A stretch of DNA of 64,000 bases from Chlamydiota bacterium (GTDB taxonomy: Bacteria; Chlamydiota; Chlamydiia; Chlamydiales; RGXB01), in the NCBI GenBank assembly GCA_947494155.1, contig CANLTW010000001.1:13524-77523 (forward strand). The letters are read 5' to 3'. The position numbers were made by a program, and so were the translations under genes. Positions 9,869 through 18,903 of this stretch are shown piece after piece. The notes beneath the pieces were generated by a model, which worked only from the letters and a program-made list of their open reading frames with translations, made no database searches and had not been told where the DNA came from. Within the stretch, counting starts at the first letter, position 1; each line of letters begins with the position of its first letter.

Positions 9869-11959
9869 ATGTCGCAAGCGGCAAAACAAGACCTAGCTAA
9901 GCTCAGAAATATCGGGATCATGGCTCACATCGATGCCGGTAAAACCACCTGTACTGAACGTATTCTCTTCTATTGCGGTATGGTTCACAAGATCGGTGAG
10001 GTTCATGAAGGAGCTGCAACAACCGATTGGATGGAGCAAGAAAGAGAGCGTGGTATCACGATCACTTCTGCTGCAGTTACCGTATTCTGGAAAGGACACA
10101 AAATCAACATTATCGATACCCCCGGCCACGTAGACTTTACAGTGGAAGTGGAGCGCTCATTGCGCGTTCTTGATGGTGCTGTTGCTGTATTCAGTGCCGT
10201 TGACGGTGTTGAACCACAATCAGAAACTGTTTGGAACCAAGCTGACCGTTATGGAGTACCCCGTATCGCTTTCGTAAATAAAATGGACCGAGTCGGTTCA
10301 GACTATTTCGGTGCGATCCAGTCGATGCGCGACAAGTTGGGTGCCAACGCTTTTGCTGCTCAGCTTCCTATTGGGGCCGAAGGTGATTTCAAAGGGATGT
10401 GTGATCTTATCAGCATGAAAGGGTACGTCTTCAACGACGAAACCATGGGTGCTGACTACGACACCATCGAAATTCCTAGCGAGCTCTTAAGCGAAGCGAA
10501 AAAATTGAGAAAAGAGCTTCTCGAGGAACTTGCCACTATCGATGAAGAAGACGAAGACTTCATGATGAAGGTCGTCGAAGATCCGGACAGCGTTCCTGAA
10601 GAAGATATCCATGCTAAGTTACGCATGGCAGTCGTAAAAAACAAACTTAATCCGGTTTTCTGTGGTACTGCCTTCAAAAACAAAGGTGTACAACAGCTTC
10701 TTGATGCCGTTACACGTTACATGCCCTCTCCGCTAGACCGCGGAAACATGAAGGCCTACAACGTCAAAAACGATGAGCCTATGACTGTTGTTCCTGATGA
10801 CAGTCAAAAATTTACTGGTCTTGCTTTCAAAGTGATGACCGATCCCTTCGTTGGCCGTTTGACCTTCGTGCGCATCTATTCAGGTGTGCTCAAGAAAGGG
10901 ATGACCCTTGCGAACACAACAAAAGGGAAAAAAGAGCGTATCTCCCGTATCGTTCGTATGCATGCGAACCAGCGCGAGGACATCGAAGAGGCAGGAACCG
11001 GAGACATCGTTGGTGTTATCGGACTGAAAAACTCCTCTACAGGTGATACACTTACTGAAGAAGATTATCCAATCATCCTCGAGAAAATGGAGTTCCCAGA
11101 ACCCGTTATCTCCATGGCTATTGAGCCAAAATCTAAAGGTGATCGCGAAAAGCTTGCGGTTGCATTGAGCTCATTGTCCGAAGAGGACCCCACTTTCCGC
11201 GTTTTCACCAACGAGGAGACTGGACAAACAATTATTGCAGGTATGGGTGAGCTCCACTTGGAGATCATTACAGACCGTATGTTCCGTGAATTTAAGGTCG
11301 AAGCCAACGTAGGTAAACCACAGGTTGCTTATCGTGAAGCTGTCCGTAAAGCTGGAAAAATGGAGACAAAATACGTTAAGCAGTCCGGTGGACGCGGTCA
11401 ATATGGCCATGTTGTCATCGAGATGGAGCCCAACGAGCGCGGCAAAGGAAACGAAGTCGTTAGCAAGATTGTGGGTGGTGTCATTCCACGTGAATACATC
11501 CCGGCAGTTATCAAAGGGATCGAGGACGGACTTAACACAGGTGTTCTTGCGGGCTATCCTCTTGTCGACACCAAAGTGGCTATCGTTTTTGGATCTTACC
11601 ATGACGTCGATTCTAGCGAGATGGCTTTCCGTATCGCAGGATCTATGTGTGCCAAAGACTGTGCCAGAGTTTGTGATCCTATTATCCTTGAACCTATCAT
11701 GAAAGTTGCGGTTTCGACACCTGAAGATTACGTCGGTGATGTAATCGGAGACCTCAACCGTCGTCGTGGACAGGTTTTAGGACAAGAACATACTAAATCA
11801 GGACTTCGTGTAGAAGCTCATGTGCCCCTTTCCGAGATGTTCGGATACTCCACCGCCCTCCGTTCGGCCACTTCTGGTCGTGCGAGCTACGTGATGGAGC
11901 CATCGCACTATGACGAACTTCCACAGAAGTTTAAAGAAGAACTTATTAAAAAGAGCTAA
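9869..11959 (+). CDS. fusA: translation elongation factor G
   Basis: [17 protein letters not shown] and NKMD GTPase motifs; 696 aa; str-operon position. Confidence 0.98.
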   Translation: MSQAAKQDLAKLRNIGIMAHIDAGKTTCTERILFYCGMVHKIGEVHEGAATTDWMEQERERGITITSAAVTVFWKGHKINIIDTPGHVDFTVEVERSLRVLDGAVAVFSAVDGVEPQSETVWNQADRYGVPRIAFVNKMDRVGSDYFGAIQSMRDKLGANAFAAQLPIGAEGDFKGMCDLISMKGYVFNDETMGADYDTIEIPSELLSEAKKLRKELLEELATIDEEDEDFMMKVVEDPDSVPEEDIHAKLRMAVVKNKLNPVFCGTAFKNKGVQQLLDAVTRYMPSPLDRGNMKAYNVKNDEPMTVVPDDSQKFTGLAFKVMTDPFVGRLTFVRIYSGVLKKGMTLANTTKGKKERISRIVRMHANQREDIEEAGTGDIVGVIGLKNSSTGDTLTEEDYPIILEKMEFPEPVISMAIEPKSKGDREKLAVALSSLSEEDPTFRVFTNEETGQTIIAGMGELHLEIITDRMFREFKVEANVGKPQVAYREAVRKAGKMETKYVKQSGGRGQYGHVVIEMEPNERGKGNEVVSKIVGGVIPREYIPAVIKGIEDGLNTGVLAGYPLVDTKVAIVFGSYHDVDSSEMAFRIAGSMCAKDCARVCDPIILEPIMKVAVSTPEDYVGDVIGDLNRRRGQVLGQEHTKSGLRVEAHVPLSEMFGYSTALRSATSGRASYVMEPSHYDELPQKFKEELIKKS

Positions 11960-11967
11960 GAGTTGCC

Positions 11968-12294
11968 ATGTCTTCAACATCAACAAAATCATCTAAGAAG
12001 CTCCGCATCCGACTCAAAGCCTATGACTCTAGAGTGATCGATAGAACTGCTAAAGAGATTGTAGAAGCTGCAAAGTCTACAGGAGCTGTCGTAGCGGGAC
12101 CATTCCCACTACCCACGAGAATCGAGCGTTTCACAGTGTTGCGCTCCCCACACGTTGACCGTAAATCACGTGACCAATACGAGTCCAGAACACATTCCAG
12201 ACTCATTGACATTATCGTTGCTCCACAAACAGCCGATAGACTCAAAAAATTGGTGATCGCATCCGGTGTAGAAATTTCAACAGTAACTGTTTAA
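11968..12294 (+). CDS. rpsJ: 30S ribosomal protein S10
   Basis: [25 protein letters not shown]...[26 protein letters not shown]. Confidence 0.95.
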   Translation: MSSTSTKSSKKLRIRLKAYDSRVIDRTAKEIVEAAKSTGAVVAGPFPLPTRIERFTVLRSPHVDRKSRDQYESRTHSRLIDIIVAPQTADRLKKLVIASGVEISTVTV

Positions 12295-12319
12295 ATTTTC
12301 TTGATCTCTAAGGATTTTA

Positions 12320-12350
12320 ACCTTCACTCACTGGGTGAAGGTTTTTTTTT
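12320..12350 (+). terminator. rho-independent terminator after rpsJ
   Basis: CCTTCAC-TCACTGG-GTGAAGG stem-loop followed by nine T. Confidence 0.75.
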
Positions 12351-12354
12351 GCTT

Positions 12355-12382
12355 AAAAAAAACCCCCTTTTTTTGAGGGGGC
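12355..12382 (-). terminator. rho-independent terminator after the 12389-12736 lipoprotein gene
   Basis: Minus strand reads CCCCC-TCAAAAAAA-GGGGG followed by eight T. Confidence 0.6.
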
Positions 12383-12388
12383 TTATGT

Positions 12389-12736
12389 TTAAAAGTCGAG
12401 AATCGGGTCGGCGTTGTAGGGCTCTGACCAGGGGGGAGGAGTTTGAACCTTCTGCCCTTTTTTCTTTACAACCCCCTCTTTTATGAAGAAGTAGTAGTAA
12501 TTCTGCTCGATGATTGCATTCCCTACGTAGACTCGCTCCACGTACTCATACACCTCATAACCCTGCTCATCGTGGTATTTGTAAAGCGGTTTGCCATATT
12601 TTTTTTCTAATTGGGATTTTGGGGTTTGGAGTTGAACGCTGTAAAAATTTTCCCGTGTCATATCTTGCGGCCCGTTACATCCAGTACAGACTAAAAAAGC
12701 CATAGATACCGCAAAAATTTTCCATTTTGTGTTCAT
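12389..12736 (-). CDS. small lipoprotein, possibly BamE/SmpA-OmlA-like
   Basis: Start MNTKWKIFAVSMAFLVCTGCNG has a signal peptide with a lipobox-like CTGC. Its ATG overlaps the upstream stop (ATGA). The BamE-like call rests only on size and the pattern QLEKKYGKPL...YEYVE...FFIKEGVV. Confidence 0.55.
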   Translation of the reverse strand: MNTKWKIFAVSMAFLVCTGCNGPQDMTRENFYSVQLQTPKSQLEKKYGKPLYKYHDEQGYEVYEYVERVYVGNAIIEQNYYYFFIKEGVVKKKGQKVQTPPPWSEPYNADPILDF

Positions 12737-13194
12737 TTTCCTTGAATACCCGCTTTTGTGTGCTTCCAAAGTTTACCTCGCATCACCGTTCTAAGATCGT
12801 CGCTCGTGCTGTATTCTGCTTCCATGATGTAATGCCCATCTCCTTGATGTTGATAATATTCATAACCATCAAATCCGATGAGATTTTCCTTAAATTCCCA
12901 ACCTATCCAATCCGATTTTATCTGGCCGGGACCCATCACTTGGCCGATGTTATCACTTTCCAAGATAATGCTAAACCGATGTTTTTCAAAATCTTTAAAA
13001 GTGAAGTTATTTGTCATCACTTCGCTATGCCCTTTTATCTGAATCTGCTGGATTAATTCCAGATAAGGGTCCTCAGGTTTGAAAGAGGGGACCATCCATT
13101 TCACAATAAAAGGGATTTTTTCCGCCACATTTGTCAATTCCATCATCCCTTCTCCAATCCAAAATCCGGGGGTAAAAATAAATAGATCGTTCAT
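12733..13194 (-). CDS. hypothetical protein; possible lipocalin/nitrobindin-like beta-barrel
   Basis: The ATG at 13192-13194 overlaps the SEDS gene stop (TGATG). The N-terminal GFWIGEG matches the GxWxGxG motif of nitrobindin-type barrels. The function call is weak. Confidence 0.5.
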   Translation of the reverse strand: MNDLFIFTPGFWIGEGMMELTNVAEKIPFIVKWMVPSFKPEDPYLELIQQIQIKGHSEVMTNNFTFKDFEKHRFSIILESDNIGQVMGPGQIKSDWIGWEFKENLIGFDGYEYYQHQGDGHYIMEAEYSTSDDLRTVMRGKLWKHTKAGIQGK

Positions 13195-14321
13195 CAAAAC
13201 CTAAACCTTCTTACTGTTATACTTTGTAAAAGCCCAAGACACATCATCGTTGCCACAACAGACGATCCACCATAGGTCATCAAAATCAACGGAACGCCTG
13301 TTATGGGTAAACTTCCTGCCATCATCGAAATGTTCACAATTACATGTACCGCTATGTATGTTGCTGTACAGGCCGCGTAAAGTTTTCCAAATCGATCTTG
13401 TGCCTCTTCGGCTATTTTTAAACTCAAATAAATCAAACTGAAAAAGAGTGCAAATAAAAAGCCAGCCCCAATCAACCCGAACTCCTCTGTGAATGCTGGG
13501 AAGATCGAGTCTGTGTGTGCAAAAGGGAGCCACTCTTGACCTGTAAACTGGCTTTTTCCGAAACCACTCCCCCCAACACCTCCCAAAGCGATTGCTGTTT
13601 GTCCCGCTTTTTGGTGGTAGGTCTGAGGATTAAGCCTTTCTATTTGATATTCCTTTAAAACGTGAGATAGTGGACCTTTGACTTTCTCAAAGGGGATATA
13701 CCCTGTAAAAATCGATACCACAAAGACTACGGACACCACTCCCCCAATAGTCATCCAACGGATAATCCCTTTATGCCCTTGAGCAAAAAGAAAAGCGGTA
13801 TAGCAAAGAGGAAGTAGAATCAATGCAGTACCCAGATCTGGCTGTTTTAAGACAAAAACGAATGGGACAAAGACAATTCCAAGCGCTTTTAATCCTACAG
13901 AAAGCTTTTTGCTAGTGTGGTACTTATCTTCGAAATACCATGCAAGCATGATCATCAAAACTACTTTGGCAAATTCACTAGGTTGAAGCGCAAATGGGAG
14001 AAAAGGGAAGCGAAACCACCTATGGACATTTTGGATTGGATTGGTAAAAAAAAGGCCTAAAAGGAGGATCAGGATAACAGTATAATAAATGGGGGCCGAC
14101 TTTTTGATATTTCTGTAGTCACACCAGGCCAAGAAAAAGTAAGCAGCCCAGCCAACCGCATAACTTCTTAGTTGGGCAATCACTGCAGAGGAGAAAAATC
14201 CTGGGGAATTTTCCTGCTGAATAGTGCTGGAGCTGATTACAGTAAGGCTCAAACACATCAAAATGAAAATGACCATGATCATCTTGAAGTCGAGCTGTTT
14301 GATAAACTTGACAAATCGCAC
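13194..14321 (-). CDS. SEDS-family peptidoglycan glycosyltransferase (RodA/FtsW)
   Basis: 375 aa, polytopic, with LPFAHTDSIFPAFTEEFGLIGAGF and LPITGVPLILMTYGGSS motifs. GTG start. Confidence 0.9.
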   Translation of the reverse strand: MRFVKFIKQLDFKMIMVIFILMCLSLTVISSSTIQQENSPGFFSSAVIAQLRSYAVGWAAYFFLAWCDYRNIKKSAPIYYTVILILLLGLFFTNPIQNVHRWFRFPFLPFALQPSEFAKVVLMIMLAWYFEDKYHTSKKLSVGLKALGIVFVPFVFVLKQPDLGTALILLPLCYTAFLFAQGHKGIIRWMTIGGVVSVVFVVSIFTGYIPFEKVKGPLSHVLKEYQIERLNPQTYHQKAGQTAIALGGVGGSGFGKSQFTGQEWLPFAHTDSIFPAFTEEFGLIGAGFLFALFFSLIYLSLKIAEEAQDRFGKLYAACTATYIAVHVIVNISMMAGSLPITGVPLILMTYGGSSVVATMMCLGLLQSITVRRFRF

Positions 14322-14359
14322 TTGAGAAGTTCCCTTTAGATTGCGTACTATATTCCCTT

Positions 14360-14905
14360 ATGACATTAAATCGTAAACTCCTTTTTTTCGAAACCATCGA
14401 CTCCACGCATGAGTACGCAAAACTTCACGCCAACCTGTTTGATCCAGCTTCGCTCACCTGCCTCCGTGCTTACAGTCAGACAAAAGGAAGAGGCCAAAAC
14501 GATCGCAAATGGATAAGCCTTGAAGGGAATCTCTTCGTCACCTACGTCGTGAAAATTCCGCCCCGTGTTTACCCCGAAGCGGCAAATTTTCTTGCCCTTT
14601 GTCTCTATCTGACGATCCACCACGAGGGGAAAAAAGTTCTTTTTAAAGAGCCCAATGACCTCTATTTTGAAGGGAAAAAATGTGCCGGTTTTCTTTGTCA
14701 CCAAATAGGAGACCGACTCATTTTAAGCTATGGTTTAAATACCCAAAGCGCACCAGAAGAATTTAGTGCACTTAGGGTAGATACCGAAAAGTTTTTTAGA
14801 CAGCTTGATACCCTGATTTTTGAGCAGATCCCCACGTTTCTAAACCAGGGCTTCTCCCCATTTGCAAACGAGTGGAACAAAGTGGAACGTTTTTTTAAAA
14901 ACTAG
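14360..14905 (+). CDS. birA: biotin--protein ligase, minimal catalytic domain only (181 aa)
   Basis: FETIDSTHEYAK and QTKGRGQNDRKWIS (GRGRxGRxW-type biotin-binding loop). Confidence 0.8.
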   Translation: MTLNRKLLFFETIDSTHEYAKLHANLFDPASLTCLRAYSQTKGRGQNDRKWISLEGNLFVTYVVKIPPRVYPEAANFLALCLYLTIHHEGKKVLFKEPNDLYFEGKKCAGFLCHQIGDRLILSYGLNTQSAPEEFSALRVDTEKFFRQLDTLIFEQIPTFLNQGFSPFANEWNKVERFFKN

Positions 14906-14909
14906 GTCT

Positions 14910-15671
14910 TTAGTGGCCTAGATGGAGATTTTCTAAATCGGGTACTACCGTTAGTTTGGGATGGATTCTTTGGTTTAAAACATTTTGTATCCCTTGCAAT
15001 GTCCCTCCGATTGAGGAGAAACAAGAGGTGCAGTTTCCTGAGTAGGCTATTTTCACTTGAGTCTGATTTTCAATTCCCAAAATCTGTACGCCGCCCTCAT
15101 CTATGGCTAAAAAGGGGCGAATATGCTCTTCGAACACATTTTCCAAAATCTCCATTCTTTTTGGATCCGAAAGCTCATCCCAATCCTGAGCCAAAGTTTC
15201 GCATCTATCCCCCTTCATCCCATCCAACGGGGTGGTGTACTCCTGTATATCGATTTCTGGAGCCTGTGAAAGGGCCTCCAAAAAGCCCTCTATTACAAAT
15301 AGTAGGTAAGGGATCTGCTTCTCATCCAGAGCTGGTTTGGATTCCTCCTGTCGCAAAAATCGGTCTAGAATCTCAGGGGTTATTTTTTTTGCCTGCTTAA
15401 TATTTTTTCGGACTATAAAACGGCTCAAAGACTCCAGACTAACCAGTAATATCGTGGGGCCAAAAAAAAGATACTTCACATCTGCTATCACACCATCTGC
15501 GGTATCCACCACGATTTGGATGTGAAACCAGTTCCCCTCCTCTTTTGCTCCCGCCTCTGCCTTAAGGCAAATCATCCCGTCAGGTTGTTGTCCGAAAGTA
15601 CCGACTGATAGGGGCCTTTTAAGAAAGTCTTGCATTTTTTTTGTGTAACGATTCCAGGAAAAAATTTCCAT
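14910..15671 (-). CDS. NifU-related protein: degenerate IscU-like N-domain plus Nfu-type C-domain
   Basis: The C-terminal IRPFLAIDEGGVQILGI...AYSGNCTSCFSS carries the Nfu CxxC. The N-domain aligns to IscU by eye but lacks the three ligand cysteines. Confidence 0.75.
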   Translation of the reverse strand: MEIFSWNRYTKKMQDFLKRPLSVGTFGQQPDGMICLKAEAGAKEEGNWFHIQIVVDTADGVIADVKYLFFGPTILLVSLESLSRFIVRKNIKQAKKITPEILDRFLRQEESKPALDEKQIPYLLFVIEGFLEALSQAPEIDIQEYTTPLDGMKGDRCETLAQDWDELSDPKRMEILENVFEEHIRPFLAIDEGGVQILGIENQTQVKIAYSGNCTSCFSSIGGTLQGIQNVLNQRIHPKLTVVPDLENLHLGH

Positions 15672-15672
15672 T

Positions 15673-16674
15673 TTAGACCCTCTCAGCGGAACGTTTGGTT
15701 AATCTTAGACACTCTTCAATCGTGATGAGAACCTCTTGCAGGGTATTCTCCTCCAAGTCGGGGGAGAAACTTACATGAACCGCTGTGTATGCTTGGCTGT
15801 CCTCAAATCCGATTGAAGAGAGATGTCGATGCAAAGAGGGCCTTTGCCCTCCCCCTATTGAGGTGAAAATCCCACGCTGGCATAGCCAGTAAGATAAAAG
15901 CTCTCCATGAATCCCCGAAAAACCAAAGACAATAGTCCCCGGCTCGCGCTTTGCAGTCTTGAAAAAAATCTCCCCCCCCATAGACTCTATTGCTCTTTCA
16001 AAAAATCTGCGCAGATAAAGGAGTTGCATCCCCTCTTCCACCCGTCTGGCAAAGCACTCCTGAATCTCTGTAGCTGCAGCAAAAATTCTGTCTGGCTCTT
16101 TTGAACCAGATAAGGGATAGGTTCTAGGGACAAATAGAGCATTGTCGCATTGTATCGCTTCGATTTTTTCTGAGAAATTTTGTAGGCCAAATAGAGCTTT
16201 CGTAAGCAGAAAAACAGGACAATGATTTTCACAGGCTAAAAGAATCTCCTCAACCGGTTGCTCCACACCCGTCATCAGATCAAATGGCTCAAAAAGAAAA
16301 CCCATAGTTGTAGGATAGAAACTGTTTTTCAACTCCTCAAGATCGACCGTTCCCAAAGGGGTTAATGGTATCTGGTCAACTTGGATCCCCAAGGGGGCAA
16401 ATTTTGCAAGTATTGCTTTGAAAGGAGAGCGAAGAGTGTCTAAAACGAGAAGATGGTTTTTCCCCTCGGCGAGCGCTTTTTCGTGGATAAGGGAAAGAAT
16501 AAGCTGCATAAAAGCCTCCTCTTCCGATGAGAATACCTCGAACTTGAAGGGGTCAAGCTTCTCTTTACCCCTCTTGAAAAGGGTCTCAAGGGCTAATTTC
16601 GCCCTATCAATTAAATTTTTAGGCGCCCAGGGGGTTCTTAAATGGATAGCTTCAAAGCGATCAAGATGCATCAT
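15673..16674 (-). CDS. NifS/IscS-related class V aminotransferase-fold protein, apparently non-catalytic
   Basis: Collinear by eye with IscS. The PLP-lysine segment (SGHK) reads NALFVPRTY, and the catalytic Cys loop (SSGSACTS) reads TSIGGGQRP. Confidence 0.65.
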   Translation of the reverse strand: MMHLDRFEAIHLRTPWAPKNLIDRAKLALETLFKRGKEKLDPFKFEVFSSEEEAFMQLILSLIHEKALAEGKNHLLVLDTLRSPFKAILAKFAPLGIQVDQIPLTPLGTVDLEELKNSFYPTTMGFLFEPFDLMTGVEQPVEEILLACENHCPVFLLTKALFGLQNFSEKIEAIQCDNALFVPRTYPLSGSKEPDRIFAAATEIQECFARRVEEGMQLLYLRRFFERAIESMGGEIFFKTAKREPGTIVFGFSGIHGELLSYWLCQRGIFTSIGGGQRPSLHRHLSSIGFEDSQAYTAVHVSFSPDLEENTLQEVLITIEECLRLTKRSAERV

Positions 16675-16679
16675 GATGC

Positions 16680-17300
16680 TTAAATTTTAACAAACGCCCC
16701 ATTTTTCATCTCGTAAATCCTTGGTTGCATCAAAGGAATTTCTAAATGAACTACGTCTTCATCGCTAATATGGTCTAAAATTTTCACAAGGGCCCTTAGG
16801 GAATTGCCGTGCGCAACAATCAAAACACTCTCATTTTCAGCGAGTTTAGGCTTCAGAGTTTTGTCTAAAAAATCTTTGACACGTATCTCTACATCAAATA
16901 AGGACTCTCCTGCGGGGGGACGATCTTTGTATCCTCGTCGCCACTTTAAAAACTGTTCTTTACCATATTTTTGTTGCGTCTCTTGCTTATTTTTCCCCTT
17001 TAGCTCCCCATAATCCCGCTCATCGATTCTTTTATCCTGAATTATGCGTATATCGATCCCCTCAGTTTGGTGAGCGGAAAAGCTAAAAAGCTTTTTTGAC
17101 ATCGCCAAAAGGAGGGCTGCTGTCATCTTGCAGCGAAAAAGAGTTGAGGTATAGACTACCGAAAAGGGGGGTATCGAATCGGCTACACTCAAGGCTTGAA
17201 AAACCCCTGTAAGACTTAAACCAACGTCAATATCTCCTGTAAAACGGTTTTCTTTGTTCCACAAAGACTCCGCATGACGAATTAAAATTAATTTTGACAA
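16680..17300 (-). CDS. gpmA: 2,3-bisphosphoglycerate-dependent phosphoglycerate mutase family (short, 206 aa)
   Basis: LILIRHAESLWNKENRFTGDIDVGLS and VAHGNSLRAL. TTG start preceded by GGAGG. Confidence 0.85.
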   Translation of the reverse strand: MSKLILIRHAESLWNKENRFTGDIDVGLSLTGVFQALSVADSIPPFSVVYTSTLFRCKMTAALLLAMSKKLFSFSAHQTEGIDIRIIQDKRIDERDYGELKGKNKQETQQKYGKEQFLKWRRGYKDRPPAGESLFDVEIRVKDFLDKTLKPKLAENESVLIVAHGNSLRALVKILDHISDEDVVHLEIPLMQPRIYEMKNGAFVKI

Positions 17301-17476
17301 ACCTACCTCCCAGGATCCTTTACCCTTTTCCCAATTTAGTAAAAAAAAGGGGGCTTTAACCCACTCTAATTTATTCTCTTACCTTTAATCGTTAGACGGA
17401 AGGCGATTTTGTTGCAACTTTAGGTTGATCTACTATAAAATAGATCCCTTAGCAGAGCCTTTTAGGACTAAAACCC

Positions 17477-18172
17477 ATGACACAGCGTCTCAATACCTTT
17501 GTAGCCCGTTTTTACCCCACCTCTCGTCGTAAAGCCGAAGAGCTGATCTTCAACGGCCTAGTTGAAGTGAACGGAATGATCCAAAAAGAGCCGTTTTTTC
17601 GCGTCGATCCCAAGGATAAGGTCCTGGTTGACAAACAGCTCATTAAATCGCGTAAACAAACCCTTTACTATGCTCTCAATAAGCCTAGAGGTTTTGTCTG
17701 CTCCGAAAGGCGTTTTAAGCAAGAAAAGCTTGTGACCGATCTTTTCCCTGCAACACAAGGGAGGCTTTTCACAATCGGAAGGCTCGATAAAGATAGCGAA
17801 GGCCTTATTCTTGTCACAAATGATGGTGCGTTTGCCAATAGCGTCTCTAGCCCTAAGTCGGGTGTCGAAAAGGAGTATATTGTAAAAACTGTCCAAGAAA
17901 TCAGCCATGAACATTTAGTTCAGCTCTCCAAAGGGGGATTTGTGGAGGGCTCTTATGTGCGCCCTAAATCGGTAATCAAAATCCGCAAAGGGACTACAAA
18001 AGTGATTCTCAAAGAGGGGCGTAAAAGGGAAATTCGCGTCCTTTTTCAAAAGGCCGGCCTCGAGATCGTTGAGCTCAAACGTGTGCGCATTGGAAATCTA
18101 CAGCTAGGATCTTTACAACCCGGTCAATTCAAAGAATTGCTGGAGTCTGAAACACTTGCGATTATCTCTTAA
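17477..18172 (+). CDS. pseudouridine synthase, RsuA/RluB family
   Basis: N-terminal S4-like segment and catalytic GRLDKDSEGLILVTNDG. Confidence 0.85.
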   Translation: MTQRLNTFVARFYPTSRRKAEELIFNGLVEVNGMIQKEPFFRVDPKDKVLVDKQLIKSRKQTLYYALNKPRGFVCSERRFKQEKLVTDLFPATQGRLFTIGRLDKDSEGLILVTNDGAFANSVSSPKSGVEKEYIVKTVQEISHEHLVQLSKGGFVEGSYVRPKSVIKIRKGTTKVILKEGRKREIRVLFQKAGLEIVELKRVRIGNLQLGSLQPGQFKELLESETLAIIS

Positions 18173-18225
18173 CTCTTTTATCCTCTAAAAATGATCTAGA
18201 AGCGGATCTTTTTAGGATAATCCCT

Positions 18226-18903
18226 ATGCTCAAATTTTCTAAGATTTTTGGTAGCAACCCATTTAAGCTCTTAATGGCGCACATGCAAATTGTCTCGTCG
18301 AGTATGGAGAAATTGCAAGAAGCTATCGACTGCACACTTAATGGAAAATACCATGATATAGGTCCGATCGTTTCGGAGCTCTCCAAGATCGAATTTAACG
18401 CCGATTCACTTAAGCTGGAAATACGTAACAGTATAACTAGAGCCTTTTTTCCTATCATTCGAAAAGAGGACGTTTTGGAATTAGTGATTCTCCAGGATAT
18501 GATTGCCAACAAAGCGTTAGAGGCCGGAAACGTGCTATCGTATAGAGAGCTCGAGATTTTTGAAACCCTAAAACCTTTATTCATAGATTACAATCAAAAA
18601 TGTCTAGACGTGTTCCTCGACACAAAAAAGGTTGTTTTAGAGCTTACCGATCTTCTGGAAGCGAGTTTTGGGGGACCCGAGTTTGAACGGGTACGCAACA
18701 TGGTGGAAATCACAGCGCACAAGGAGTACGAGTCAGATCTTCTACGACAGCGTTTGATGAAAGAGCTCTATGCAATAAGTGCTCACGACAAAAATTTTAC
18801 CCTTTTTTACCAGACAAATAAATTTATAGAGACCCTTGGCCAAATTGCTCACGTTTGCGAAGGGCTCGCATTGAAAATTCTTTTAACCCTAGATAAAAAT
18901 TAA
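18226..18903 (+). CDS. DUF47 / TIGR00153 PhoU-like phosphate transport regulator
   Basis: 225-aa helical protein directly upstream of, and overlapping, a PiT transporter gene; this is the classic pairing. Confidence 0.75.
   Translation: MLKFSKIFGSNPFKLLMAHMQIVSSSMEKLQEAIDCTLNGKYHDIGPIVSELSKIEFNADSLKLEIRNSITRAFFPIIRKEDVLELVILQDMIANKALEAGNVLSYRELEIFETLKPLFIDYNQKCLDVFLDTKKVVLELTDLLEASFGGPEFERVRNMVEITAHKEYESDLLRQRLMKELYAISAHDKNFTLFYQTNKFIETLGQIAHVCEGLALKILLTLDKN

Noticed and set aside
11171-11602. 143-aa antisense ORF inside fusA. Similar shadow ORFs occur at 1380-1796, 8143-8622, 25451-25936, 34174-34647, 59091-59699, 43422-43778 and 14366-14704.
   Set aside because: Each lies entirely within, and antisense or out of frame to, a strongly supported conserved gene. 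None has a recognisable motif or ribosome-binding site, so these are typical shadow ORFs.
12301-12486. 61-aa plus-strand ORF after rpsJ.
   Set aside because: It spans two back-to-back terminator hairpins and the 3' end of the convergent lipoprotein gene, so it is not coding.
15972-15979. Homopolymer tracts inside CDSs as possible phase-variation switches: C8 at 15972-15979 in the NifS-like gene, G7 at 63985-63991 in porin paralog 4, and G7 at 44717-44723 in pbp2.
   Set aside because: Tracts of 7-8 nt are short, occur in housekeeping genes as well, and there is no population data. They are more likely neutral or sequencing-error-prone sites than contingency loci.
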